In this document: positions 1 to 9,649 of the stretch, one piece after another
How the letters are laid out: each line of letters opens with the position of its first letter
Numbering within the stretch: position 1 is the first letter of the stretch
NCBI GenBank assembly: GCA_044229845.1
Contig: JBGASG010000001.1
Location: forward strand, 512,001-576,000
Direction of reading: 5' to 3'
Source: Candidatus Obscuribacteraceae bacterium
GTDB lineage: Bacteria > Cyanobacteriota > Vampirovibrionia > Obscuribacterales > Obscuribacteraceae
DNA length: 64,000 nucleotides
Program-made: the position numbers and the translations under genes
Notes under the pieces: generated by a model
Database searches by the model: none
The model's input: only the letters and a program-made list of their open reading frames with translations
Told to the model about the DNA's origin: nothing

Positions 1-516
1 CAGCAGGGTGAAAAGAGCGATGCTCCAGGACAGTGCTGCTACCGATGCTCCGAAGAGCGATTGGCAGATGCCTGAGTAGATAGGATGCATGACGAACTTC
101 AGCATGCCTGTTTTGCGGACTGTGTGGTTGTCCTGGATTTCTGCGTCGGTGGAGAACATATCGCCGAGCGAATACCAGCCACCGATCATGAAGATCAGCC
201 CGCTGGCCAGAATAATCACACCGACCCAGGAGATTATGGCGCCGACTGCATCCGGCAAAATTCCTTGCAGTGTCCAGATGAGTTTCAGCCCGGGCTGCCC
301 TTGATGGATGATTTCGTTCTTGGCGAAAAATGCTGCTACCAGCATGAATATGGCTGCCAGACTGCAGAGCTGCGGTGCCCGTTGCAGGAAGAAGTGCTTC
401 TCGTAGAAGACACCTTTGCCGGCTCTACCAAATCCTTTGATCAAGACGGGGGTGGCAATAATCGCGCCTACAGCGACAAGCCCCGCGGTCACAAGTGTTG
501 GTGCATCGAGATTCAT
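1..516 (-). CDS. Isoprenylcysteine carboxyl methyltransferase (ICMT/PEMT) family membrane protein, 3' end outside window
   Basis: Manual translation of the minus strand from ATG at 516: MNLDAPTLVTAGLVAVG...GGWYSLGDMFSTDAEIQDNHTVRKTGMLKFVMHPIYSG; hydrophobic segments plus the family HPxY motif; open to the window edge. Confidence 0.75.
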   Translation of the reverse strand, partial: MNLDAPTLVTAGLVAVGAIIATPVLIKGFGRAGKGVFYEKHFFLQRAPQLCSLAAIFMLVAAFFAKNEIIHQGQPGLKLIWTLQGILPDAVGAIISWVGVIILASGLIFMIGGWYSLGDMFSTDAEIQDNHTVRKTGMLKFVMHPIYSGICQSLFGASVAALSWSIALFTLL

Positions 517-528
517 CGTAATTACCTT

Positions 529-1290
529 CTAGAGTTTGAACAGATCATCGCTAAGGGAGGCGGAGATTTTGAGGTTCTTCCAGACAGTGCGGGCGAACAA
601 ACGACCGTCCTGATAGTCGAACCACTCCACCGGTAAAAGAGACTGCGAGTTTACGTAAGCTCGCTTGTACAGCGTGTCGCCTTTGTAGATCTCCAGGATG
701 TATACCTTTTCCGGATGTCCATCCACGGCGATCGGGCGGTCTGTGACACGGCTTTTCATGCCTTGTTTCAGGAAGCCCTGGACCACCCGGCACATACTGG
801 CCCAGTCCGAGTCGACCATTGGAAAACCGTTGGCCGACAGGAGTTGATCGGAATTTTCAGACAGCGTCACGGTGAATGCCGAGAGGGCACCACCCAAGTG
901 ACCGCGTACCTTGCCGTCTTTTCCAATCACAGCTACTGCGCCCTTCTTGTAGTCGCCTACTTCTTCCACCCTTAATAGACGGGGTTTCATGAAGTAGAAG
1001 TTTCCTTTTTCAAAGATTGTTTTCTTTCCTTTGAAGACCGACATTTCGTAGGTGAAGGAGTAAGCCTTCAGGTCACTGGCGGCATTGGTCATGTCGTTGA
1101 TGATCTCGGTGCCGTCCACGGTTTTGCCGATGCCGCTGATTTGAGATAAGGAAGAGAAACTGCTGACCAGGGGTTGCACCGTGGAGTCTGCCTGACACGC
1201 TGGCGGCAGGCTGACTGAAAGGACTGTTGCCGCTATCGCGAAAGCCGCCAGCGGCGATCTAAATCTAGATTTTTGTCGGGTGAGAAGCAT
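529..1290 (-). CDS. LolA-like / outer-membrane lipoprotein-sorting family exported protein
   Basis: Signal-peptide-like N-terminus; 'KGNFYFMKPRLLRVE' and C-terminal 'LSDDLFKL' resemble LolA-fold proteins. Confidence 0.6.
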   Translation of the reverse strand: MLLTRQKSRFRSPLAAFAIAATVLSVSLPPACQADSTVQPLVSSFSSLSQISGIGKTVDGTEIINDMTNAASDLKAYSFTYEMSVFKGKKTIFEKGNFYFMKPRLLRVEEVGDYKKGAVAVIGKDGKVRGHLGGALSAFTVTLSENSDQLLSANGFPMVDSDWASMCRVVQGFLKQGMKSRVTDRPIAVDGHPEKVYILEIYKGDTLYKRAYVNSQSLLPVEWFDYQDGRLFARTVWKNLKISASLSDDLFKL

Positions 1291-1550
1291 TAACGGACGA
1301 TTTCCATAGTGCGGACGCGACCAACGTGTTTGGGTAGCTTTCTGACAGATGGAGCTACGGAGCGTCCCCGCAGAAATAGGCAGTCGTGGTTGTCAGGAAT
1401 CTAAGAATCTCAGCCAACAACCGCGGACCCAGTTTCCGTGCGGCGCGTCATTATGTCACGCGTTGCAATCAAGCGTCCTTAGACCCGCTTATTGTTGCCA
1501 AGGCGAGCGGAAGCAGGACGATTCCCAGCTTAACGAAATCCGGCTTAATG

Positions 1551-2264
1551 CTATTTCACACAAGTGGGGACGTCGGAGCTAGTCTTGGTTTCTTCCGTCG
1601 GACATTGCCATAGTTTGAGCAGCGCTTCCAGAATCACGTCGGCGCCTTCCGGAATCTCATTGCCGGTCTTGTTTTCGATGTCGCCAAGCATGCGCTTCAT
1701 CCAGAGCGCATGGCGAGTGTGTGGTTTGGCATGCAGGCGCAGCCATTCAAGCCCATCTTCTACTACTTCGGAGGAATATTTTTCCGGGTGACGCTCGAAG
1801 TAGCTGTCGTAATGCGGCAGAGCAGCGCGTGAATAAAGTGTGGCAGCCATTTCAGCCGCGACGATGGCATGCACTCCGTCGACGTATGAAGACTCCTGGC
1901 AGAATCTCTTCATGCCCTCACAGAGCACCCGGGTGGTTTCGCCGGGCACGATTTTGACCAGGTCGCGCTCATCAAGACCCGCCAGATAGCACTGGCGAAT
2001 GAACAACTGCTGGTAGTGGCGCTCATCGTCTGCCAGTTGCTGGAGCAGGTTTTGAGCTGCTTCCATGTGCGGCGGTGCCTTTTCACGCACAGCGCCGATG
2101 TTGGTCGGCAGGTCTTTGATGAACGGCCAGAGGTCGGTGAGGTTTTCTTTGGCCGCATCGACGATCTTGTCGTCGTCGGCCAGATTGGCAAACCATGGAC
2201 TGGTAGAGCATCCCCAGCTAATTCGGTCCAACAAGATCGGCAGCCAACTGGGTAGTGAAGCCAT
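1551..2264 (-). CDS. Heme-oxygenase-like (TenA/PqqC/CADD) iron-containing redox enzyme
   Basis: Helical protein with motifs DDERHY, AAE and WLRLHAKPHTRH typical of heme-oxygenase-like diiron proteins. Confidence 0.65.
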   Translation of the reverse strand: MASLPSWLPILLDRISWGCSTSPWFANLADDDKIVDAAKENLTDLWPFIKDLPTNIGAVREKAPPHMEAAQNLLQQLADDERHYQQLFIRQCYLAGLDERDLVKIVPGETTRVLCEGMKRFCQESSYVDGVHAIVAAEMAATLYSRAALPHYDSYFERHPEKYSSEVVEDGLEWLRLHAKPHTRHALWMKRMLGDIENKTGNEIPEGADVILEALLKLWQCPTEETKTSSDVPTCVK

Positions 2265-2543
2265 GGTGATGTAAGTCCCTCTCGACGAAAAAGCGTACGG
2301 CAGTGTTAATCACTTCGTACTTGCCTGAGATAGCTTAACACCCCATGCAGTGCCTTCTTTGCGAAAACTCAGAGTAACTTAACGAATTTATGCAAGCTGA
2401 CGCGGCGGTAGTTGGACCGTCACGCTCGGCAACCCAGGGTAAAAATAGCCCAATACTGCGTCACATTGCCTGTTGAGCCAAGCTGTCAGTTGGTAAACTA
2501 GGGCGCCTCCCCAATGGCGGATGCGGCGCCGGGCTAGAAACCA

Positions 2544-3455
2544 ATGCTTGAAGATAACTTTGCCAAGGTCGGTAGTGCGCCGAATCTCTCACCAGCGCGA
2601 CCTGCCGAGACTCGCATTTTCACCACTTCCGATGGTGTAGAGCAGTTTGCCCGCGTCATTCGCGCCAGAACGGCAGAGGTAGCCACGCTTGTATACCTGC
2701 ACGGCATCGAGGGACATAGCCTCTGGTTCGAGGAAACTGCCGAGATTCTGGCTGCCCAGGGAATTACGACCTATGCGCTCGACCGACGCGGCGCCGGGAT
2801 GAGCCGCGAACCGCGCGGTGATCTGCGCGACTGGCGCCGTCTGGTCAAGGACATCGACGAAACGGTCGACTCGATAGCGGCTTTGTCCGACACACCGCTT
2901 TTTCTCATGGCCAACTGCTGGGGCGCAAAGGCGGCTATCGTTTCGGTTGCCGATGCAGCTGAGTTTCCTGCCTGCCACCGGCACATAAAGGGACTTATCC
3001 TCACTTCGCCCGCCATTGCCGTCCAGGTCGACGTCGATCTGCCGACGAAACTGCAAATCGGGTTGAGCTATTTCCTTCGTGACGGAAAGTTGTTTCCCGT
3101 TCCGCTCGTGCCTGAGCACTTCACGGACAATCCGCCCTACCTCGACTTCATTCGCCAGGACGAACTCCGCCTAAAAGACGCGACGGCATCGTTCTTCCTC
3201 CAGAGTTTGATTCTCACCCGCCGAGCCCAGCTGGCTACCAGCCGCCTCAAATTGCCGGTACTGCTTTTGCAGTCGGGCCGCGACGGAATAGTTGTGGTAT
3301 CCAAAATCGAGAAATGGTTTTCACAAGTTGCTGCCGCCGATAAGAAACTGGAGATGTTTCCGGCCGCCGCGCACAGTCTGGATTTTGAAGCGGGCAGCGA
3401 ACGTCAGCGCTATCTGCAGGTGCTTGGAGAATGGCTCCTGGAGCGTGCCCGATGA
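2544..3455 (+). CDS. Alpha/beta hydrolase (lysophospholipase/monoglyceride lipase-like) with Cys at the nucleophile position
   Basis: LHGIEGH, DRRGAG, ANCWG nucleophile elbow, D in SGRDGIV, H in AAHSL. Confidence 0.85.
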   Translation: MLEDNFAKVGSAPNLSPARPAETRIFTTSDGVEQFARVIRARTAEVATLVYLHGIEGHSLWFEETAEILAAQGITTYALDRRGAGMSREPRGDLRDWRRLVKDIDETVDSIAALSDTPLFLMANCWGAKAAIVSVADAAEFPACHRHIKGLILTSPAIAVQVDVDLPTKLQIGLSYFLRDGKLFPVPLVPEHFTDNPPYLDFIRQDELRLKDATASFFLQSLILTRRAQLATSRLKLPVLLLQSGRDGIVVVSKIEKWFSQVAAADKKLEMFPAAAHSLDFEAGSERQRYLQVLGEWLLERAR

Positions 3456-4630
3456 AAATCGTTGCCATCGACACTTTCAAGGTGCTGCTGCCGTTTAGAT
3501 TCAGCTTCAAGCACAGCCTGGCGGCAAGAGCCGAATCCGAGAATCTGATCGTGCGCGTCAGAACCGATAGCGGCGTCACCGGATATGGTGAGGCCGTGCC
3601 GCGTGATTATGTTACCGGCGAGCATATCGATCAGGCATGCACCAATATTCACCGCCTCTACAAACCGCAGCTGATAGGTCTGCAATTGGATGATCCGGCT
3701 GCCTGCTACGCACAGATCAATCAGGTTTTCGATCAATTGTCGATCGGGACAAAATTGCAGGGCGCTTCCTGGTCGGCGGTCGAGCTGGCAGTCCTGGACG
3801 CGCTTGGGCAGGCACAAGGCAAGTTTACGCTGGATGTGCTTGGCAGCCGCAAGCAGGAGCGCATTCGTTATGGCGGCGTGGTGCCGTTCGGCAGCAAAAA
3901 AGGGCTGCTCGCGATTCTCTGGTTTTACAAGCTGCTCGGTTTTCAGACCGTGAAGATCAAAGTCGGCACAGGACTGGACGATGATCTCTACAAAGTGCAG
4001 GTGGCCCGCAAAGTCATGGGACCGGACGCGATTATCCGCGTCGATGCAAATTGCGCATGGAGCGCCGCGCAAACCGTCGAAGCGGCAAATGCATTTCGGC
4101 CGTACAGCATCGCTTCGATCGAACAACCTGTTCCAGCAGATGACTACATCGGACTGAAACAAATAATGTCCAGCATCGAAGATGAGATTGTTGTCGACGA
4201 ATCACTGTGTACGGTCGAGCAAGCAGAGCGGTTGGCTGCTGAGAAACTCTGTCGGGCCTTCAATATCAGGCTTTCAAAGGTCGGCGGTTTTTGCGGCGCA
4301 TCACGGATGGTGGCAATTGCCAAGCGCGCCAATCTGCGCTGTCACCTGGGCGCGCAGGTGGGAGAAACAGGTATACTCAGCGCTGCTGCACGCGCATTCG
4401 CTATGCTCAACGAAAACTTTGAAAACTATGAAGGTTCTGCCAACTTCTTCTTGCTAAAACGTGACATTACGCGCGAAGGATTGAACGCCGGACTGGGAGG
4501 CTGGGGCGATCTCTCCTATGCCTCCGGAAACAAATCGGGCTGGGGAGTAACCGTCGACACATCTACATTGGCACCGACGTCGCAAGAGTCAGCGGCGCCA
4601 CAACTGGAGCATGGGGTTTCATTGAATTGA
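3452..4630 (+). CDS. Enolase superfamily, muconate cycloisomerase / dipeptide epimerase-like
   Basis: ATG at 3452 overlaps upstream stop; GYGE, KIKVG, DAN, EQP, DES motifs. Confidence 0.85.
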   Translation: MKIVAIDTFKVLLPFRFSFKHSLAARAESENLIVRVRTDSGVTGYGEAVPRDYVTGEHIDQACTNIHRLYKPQLIGLQLDDPAACYAQINQVFDQLSIGTKLQGASWSAVELAVLDALGQAQGKFTLDVLGSRKQERIRYGGVVPFGSKKGLLAILWFYKLLGFQTVKIKVGTGLDDDLYKVQVARKVMGPDAIIRVDANCAWSAAQTVEAANAFRPYSIASIEQPVPADDYIGLKQIMSSIEDEIVVDESLCTVEQAERLAAEKLCRAFNIRLSKVGGFCGASRMVAIAKRANLRCHLGAQVGETGILSAAARAFAMLNENFENYEGSANFFLLKRDITREGLNAGLGGWGDLSYASGNKSGWGVTVDTSTLAPTSQESAAPQLEHGVSLN

Positions 4631-6303
4631 GAAAGGTTGAAGTAGCGCTGGGACAGGCTTATAGATATGCGACGCATGTGCGCCGCTTCGATCAAGCTTT
4701 GCGTACCCCGCTACCGGCTCAGCACGACAAGCTGATGCAGGTGATCAAAGCTAACGAAAATACTGCGTTCGGGCAGAAACACAACTTCGCCAAGATCAAT
4801 TCGATCAGCGACTATCAGAGTTTGGTGCCGCCCAATACGTATGAAGATCTGCAGCCTTACATCGAGCGCGTCATGAACGGCCGGCGTGGGCAGCTGACCA
4901 ACGAAGACGTCGTCATGTTTGCCACTACTAGCGGTACCACAGGCAAACCGAAATATATTCCGATCACGCCTTCGCACCTCAAAGATTACACCCATGCCTT
5001 TCAGGTGCAGAACTACAAGATGATCGTTGACTATCCGGGCGCACCGCTCGGTACTTACATGATCTTCTCCAGCAACGACGAAGAGGGCCGCACCGCGGCA
5101 GGCATTCCTTTTGGTTCGGTCTCTGGACTCTTGCGCCAGCGACAATCGTCGCTCGTCCAGAAGTATTTTGCGCTCCCTCACCTGGTGAGCCGCATCAAAG
5201 ACGTTGAAGTCAAATACTACGTGATGCTGCGTCTGGCTCTTTGTCAGGATGTTTCAGCGATTCTCGGTTGCAATCCATCCAGCATGCTGTTGCTTGCCGA
5301 CCAGATGCAGGAGCGCGCCGAAGAATTGATTAGCGACATCGCGGAAGGCACGCTGCGAAAAGCATTCATGCCACCGCCCGCGATTGCGGAACCCCTTTCA
5401 CGTCACTTTGTCCACGACCGAGTGCGTGCGCAAGAATTGCAGCGCATTCTCGATAAACACGGGCGACTCACTCCAGAGCTGGTCTGGCCGAACATGGCCA
5501 TGCTCTCCTGCTGGAAGGGTGGACCGATGTCGTTTTATCTGGATCGCCTGCCGGCTGTTTACGGAGACTTGCCGATTCGCGACTTCGGCTATATGGCCAG
5601 CGAAGGGCGGGGAACTATTTCTATCTCGCATCAGGGTGCCGGCGGCGTGGTCGCTCTCACCTGCCACTTCTTCGAGTTCGTGCCGGAAAACGAAAAAGAC
5701 TTGCCCAACCCGACCTTCTTGACTGTCGACCAGCTGGAGTTGGGTGGTCGCTACTACATCTATTTCACAACCTCCTCGGGACTCTATCGCTACGACATCA
5801 ACGACCTGATCGAGGTCGAGAGCTTTGAGTACAACACACCTGTTATTCGCTTTGTCCAGAAAGGAATGGGGGTGAGCTCCGTCACTGGCGAGAAGATCAC
5901 CGAAGAACAGGTGCAGGTAGCTCTGCAGTACGCGTTGCGCATGCTTAACCTGTCCGGTATCGAGCACTTTACTTTTGCCGTCGAAATGGATTACCCGCCG
6001 CACTATGTCTGTTTCGCCGAGGTCAAGCAAGACTTGCCGGATTCTGTGGTTCAGGAATTCCTCAGGGTTTTCGAGCAGTCTTTGCAATTGCAAAACATCG
6101 AGTACAAAGACAAGCGGGCAACAAAGCGCCTGGGTGCTCCCAAGTTCCAGAAGGTTCCCAATGGAACATTCACACGCTTAAGACAACATCGCGTTTCGGC
6201 CGGAGCACCGGAAGCACAGGTTAAAATTCCCCTGTTGAATGCGGGGGTGGATTTCTACCACACGCTCGCAACCATCGGTTGTGTCCTGTCGCTAACCAAC
6301 TGA
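4627..6303 (+). CDS. GH3-family acyl-acid amido synthetase (ANL superfamily)
   Basis: TTSGTTGKPKYIP, GYMASEG, GLYRYDINDL, GEK motifs; TTG start overlaps upstream stop. Confidence 0.9.
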   Translation: MRKVEVALGQAYRYATHVRRFDQALRTPLPAQHDKLMQVIKANENTAFGQKHNFAKINSISDYQSLVPPNTYEDLQPYIERVMNGRRGQLTNEDVVMFATTSGTTGKPKYIPITPSHLKDYTHAFQVQNYKMIVDYPGAPLGTYMIFSSNDEEGRTAAGIPFGSVSGLLRQRQSSLVQKYFALPHLVSRIKDVEVKYYVMLRLALCQDVSAILGCNPSSMLLLADQMQERAEELISDIAEGTLRKAFMPPPAIAEPLSRHFVHDRVRAQELQRILDKHGRLTPELVWPNMAMLSCWKGGPMSFYLDRLPAVYGDLPIRDFGYMASEGRGTISISHQGAGGVVALTCHFFEFVPENEKDLPNPTFLTVDQLELGGRYYIYFTTSSGLYRYDINDLIEVESFEYNTPVIRFVQKGMGVSSVTGEKITEEQVQVALQYALRMLNLSGIEHFTFAVEMDYPPHYVCFAEVKQDLPDSVVQEFLRVFEQSLQLQNIEYKDKRATKRLGAPKFQKVPNGTFTRLRQHRVSAGAPEAQVKIPLLNAGVDFYHTLATIGCVLSLTN

Positions 6304-6325
6304 CCTTTTACAGAGGAAACCGAAA

Positions 6326-7366
6326 GTGCCCCCACTGAAGATCTTTGTCACCGGAGCCACCGGCATGGTGGGACTGCATATCGCGCAACACATGCTGGAA
6401 AAAGGTCATCAAGTGACAGCGCTGGTGAGGCGCTCAAGCGATACATCCAAGTTGAAGATCTTGCCTGGCAAACTCGACATTCGCACCACCGAACTCGACA
6501 ATGCCAATAATGTCGGCAATCTGATGAAGGGACACGACGTTGTAATTCATTGCGCCGGGTCCGTGGATCCGCATGCGACTCGGGAAGAGATATTTGGTGT
6601 CAACGTCGGCGCCACTGAGATTGCTCTGCGCGCGGCGATCGATGCGGGCATCAAACAGTTTATCCACATGAGCAGCCTGTCTGTGATTACCGGACAGGAA
6701 GACCAGTTCAACGTCGATGAAAACGCGCCGCTGCGCACTTGCGGCGAGGCTTATGCCGACTCGAAAGTAGAAGCTGAAAAGCTGGTGATCAGTCTGGCCG
6801 GCACCGGACACCTGCGCGTCACCGTACTGCGTCCCGGCTTTATCTATGGACCGGGCGAACGAGCCTGGATGCCGCGTCTGATCAAAAATATCGCTTCCGG
6901 CAAAGCGATGCTGATCGACGGCGGCAAGAAAGAAACCAACGTCATCTACGTGGGAAATCTCTGCAAAGCTGCCGAACTGGCATTGCTCAACGAAAAGTCA
7001 TTCAATCGCGTTTATAACCTCACCGACGGACAGAAGGTGAGCAAGAAGGATCTGTTTGATGCCATCGCTGACGGGCTCGGATTGCCGCGCATCAAGAAGA
7101 CCATTCCCTCGGCGATTGCGCGCCCGGTCTGCGAGATTGTCTCCAACATTGCTCCCATGTTGTCGCCGGAAAAACGCCAGGAGCTGTCCCGCTTCTCACG
7201 CGCTGCTTACAGGCTGGCCGGCATCAATCAAGGCTTTTCGATCGCTCGCGCCGAAACAGAGCTCGGCTATACCAACCGCGTACCTTTTACAGAAGGTATG
7301 GCCAAAACGCTGGAAAGCTTTCAGGTACCGGGCGGCAGTCAGAATTTCGTGCAATCTGGAAGATAG
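6326..7366 (+). CDS. Extended SDR, NAD-dependent epimerase/dehydratase (3-beta-HSD-like)
   Basis: TGATGMVG, YADSK, LRPGFIYG. Confidence 0.85.
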   Translation: MPPLKIFVTGATGMVGLHIAQHMLEKGHQVTALVRRSSDTSKLKILPGKLDIRTTELDNANNVGNLMKGHDVVIHCAGSVDPHATREEIFGVNVGATEIALRAAIDAGIKQFIHMSSLSVITGQEDQFNVDENAPLRTCGEAYADSKVEAEKLVISLAGTGHLRVTVLRPGFIYGPGERAWMPRLIKNIASGKAMLIDGGKKETNVIYVGNLCKAAELALLNEKSFNRVYNLTDGQKVSKKDLFDAIADGLGLPRIKKTIPSAIARPVCEIVSNIAPMLSPEKRQELSRFSRAAYRLAGINQGFSIARAETELGYTNRVPFTEGMAKTLESFQVPGGSQNFVQSGR

Positions 7367-7369
7367 GCA

Positions 7370-7636
7370 GTGCAGGGCGTGAAGGACTTTGTTATCGACT
7401 ACATCGGGCGCCACAAGCATCCGGTCAATGCCATTCTGCACATTTTTGGAGTGCCGCTGGCATTCTATGGATTTGGGCTCTTGTTCTTCGGACAATTCCT
7501 AAATGCGCTGCTCTGTATCTTTTTCGGCTACGTCTTGCAGTGGCTGGGTCATCGTGCGCAAGGCAACGAAGTGGGCGAGGTGATTCTGATCAAGAAGATC
7601 TATCGCCGCATTACTGGAGGAAAAGCGGTTGGCTAA
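7370..7636 (+). CDS. DUF962/Mpo1-like small membrane protein
   Basis: HKHPVNAILHIFGVP and QWLGHRAQGN motifs; two hydrophobic segments. Confidence 0.75.
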   Translation: MQGVKDFVIDYIGRHKHPVNAILHIFGVPLAFYGFGLLFFGQFLNALLCIFFGYVLQWLGHRAQGNEVGEVILIKKIYRRITGGKAVG

Positions 7637-8636
7637 AGGCAAAACCGGAATAGTCGCTGTCGACGGTGCCACTGGTTATCTGGGCACTCACTTGATTGCG
7701 CGCTTGCTGGAGCTGGGGCTGCCGGTGCGGGCTCTCGTGCACGCCAAAGCTGATGCTGAAGACCTGGAGGTATTGAAGAGACTGGGGGCCGACGTGCGTG
7801 TCGTGCGTATGGACGGCGGTGATGACAGTCTGGATAAAGCCCTGACTGGTGCAGACGTGGCCGTGCATCTGATCGGTTCGATTGCGCCACGCAAAGGCGA
7901 ACGGCTGGAAGAACTGCATGTCGAACAGACCGGACATCTAGTCGATGCGGCGCGGCGCTGCGCGGTGAGCAAAGTCGTGATGGTGACGGCACTTGGTACG
8001 GCACCGAATGCGGTGAGCGAATATCATCGCACTAAATTCCGCGCCGAAGAAAAAATTCGCAACGGCGGCAGACCGTACATAATACTGCGACCGTCACTGA
8101 TTTTCGGTCGGGTCATCGGACGCCGCGACAGTAAGCTGATTGCCCGCTACATCGACCTGATTCGCACGCGCTCTTCGGTGCCGATGGTTGGTGGCGGAAC
8201 TAACAAGTTGCAACCCGTGTTTATCAGCGACCTGGTGACTGCACTGGTGCAAAGTGTGACCAGCGACGATTTCAACGGCCAGATTCTGGAGATCGGCGGC
8301 GCCGATGTCTTTACTATGAGAGAGATCGTCGAGACGTTGATGCGCACGCTCAACATCGAGAAGAAGATCAGCGATCTGCCGCCGCCGGTGGCAGGAGTGG
8401 TGGCTTTCTTCTGCGAGACTTTCCAGAGCGATCGCCCCACGTTGAGCAGCGACCAGGTGCGACTGGCGCAAGTCGACAACGTGTGCACGAGCAATGCGTT
8501 GATTTCAAAATTTGGTGTCACTCCTGTCTCCCTGCGTGACGGCTTGCGTACTTACGTAGGCAGCGCCGGCGGGTCGGCAGGTACAAATGGTCCGGCTGCC
8601 TCTAAGGACGATCAGCCGACACCGGTATCCCACTAG
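7629..8636 (+). CDS. Atypical SDR, NDUFA9-like NAD(P)H-binding protein
   Basis: DGATGYLG, YHRTK, LRPSLIFG, LQPVFISD. Confidence 0.8.
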   Translation: MAKGKTGIVAVDGATGYLGTHLIARLLELGLPVRALVHAKADAEDLEVLKRLGADVRVVRMDGGDDSLDKALTGADVAVHLIGSIAPRKGERLEELHVEQTGHLVDAARRCAVSKVVMVTALGTAPNAVSEYHRTKFRAEEKIRNGGRPYIILRPSLIFGRVIGRRDSKLIARYIDLIRTRSSVPMVGGGTNKLQPVFISDLVTALVQSVTSDDFNGQILEIGGADVFTMREIVETLMRTLNIEKKISDLPPPVAGVVAFFCETFQSDRPTLSSDQVRLAQVDNVCTSNALISKFGVTPVSLRDGLRTYVGSAGGSAGTNGPAASKDDQPTPVSH

Positions 8637-8644
8637 GAGTCGCA

Positions 8645-9649
8645 GTGAAAATCGTTGTTACCGGAGCCAGCGGCTTTTTTGGAGTGAGCCTGGTATCGCG
8701 TCTGGTTTCTCTCGGGCATGACGTCACCACATTCGGCAGGTCGCCTGCGGTGGCGCCGCAATTGAAACACCTGAACGTAGCCCATCTGCGGGGCGACGTC
8801 GAAGAACCAGCGTCTCTCCCTCCCATGTTTACCGACTGCGATGTGTTGTTTCATATGGCTGGACTGGTGTCCTACCGGCGAGCCGACCGGGACAAACTAT
8901 ATAAAGTGAATGTGGACGGAACGCGCAATGTCATGAAGGCGGCCCTGTCTGCAAAGCGCACACCGCGCATCATTCACCTCGCTTCCATTGCTGGAATGGG
9001 CATCCCGCCTGACGGCGAGATTGGCGACGAATCGCTGGCATACAATCTGGATGGTCTGAGCCTTTTTTATTGCGACACCAAGCATGAAGGCGAGATGATC
9101 GTGCTTGATATGGCACGGCAGCAGGGACTGCCTGTGATTTCCCTCAACCCCGGTATTACATTCGGTGAGGGTGATACACATCCGCACCACCACACGATCT
9201 TTGCGTCAATGGCGCGCGGCGTGCTGCTCGGCTATCCGGTGGGCGGCGTGATGTTCTCCGACATCCGCGACATAGTCGATACTTCTATCAATGCGATGAC
9301 GATGGGACAGTTCGGCGAGCGCTATGTTGTGGGCAGTGCCAACATGACCTTCCGCGACGCATCCTTTGTGTTGTCGCAAGTGATCGGGTCGAAACCGCCA
9401 CCGTTCCCTATTCCGGGTTGGGTTGCCCTATCTGCCGGCTCAGCCTGCGAGGCCGTGCTACCACTTTTCGGGCGCAAACCGCCACTGACCCGCGCCGTCT
9501 CCTGGCTATCGCAGCGGAAGATATTCTTTTCGTCCGACAAGGCCATTAAAGAACTCGGGCACAAGCAAACGCCTTTTGAAGAAACGGTGCGTCGCACCGC
9601 TCCTTATTACCTGCAATCCTCCGGCAAAGCCATCGCCGCCAGCCACTAA
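8645..9649 (+). CDS. Extended SDR, dihydroflavonol-reductase/HpnA-like
   Basis: TGASGFFG, HMAG, VNVDGTRNV, YCDTK, LNPG. Confidence 0.8.
   Translation: MKIVVTGASGFFGVSLVSRLVSLGHDVTTFGRSPAVAPQLKHLNVAHLRGDVEEPASLPPMFTDCDVLFHMAGLVSYRRADRDKLYKVNVDGTRNVMKAALSAKRTPRIIHLASIAGMGIPPDGEIGDESLAYNLDGLSLFYCDTKHEGEMIVLDMARQQGLPVISLNPGITFGEGDTHPHHHTIFASMARGVLLGYPVGGVMFSDIRDIVDTSINAMTMGQFGERYVVGSANMTFRDASFVLSQVIGSKPPPFPIPGWVALSAGSACEAVLPLFGRKPPLTRAVSWLSQRKIFFSSDKAIKELGHKQTPFEETVRRTAPYYLQSSGKAIAASH

Noticed and set aside
85..636. 183-aa plus-strand ORF
   Set aside because: The opposite strand encodes the ICMT-like protein and the end of the LolA-like gene
1291..1550. GC-rich stems between the heme-oxygenase-like and LolA-like genes
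   Set aside because: Short imperfect pairings with no recognisable riboswitch or terminator consensus
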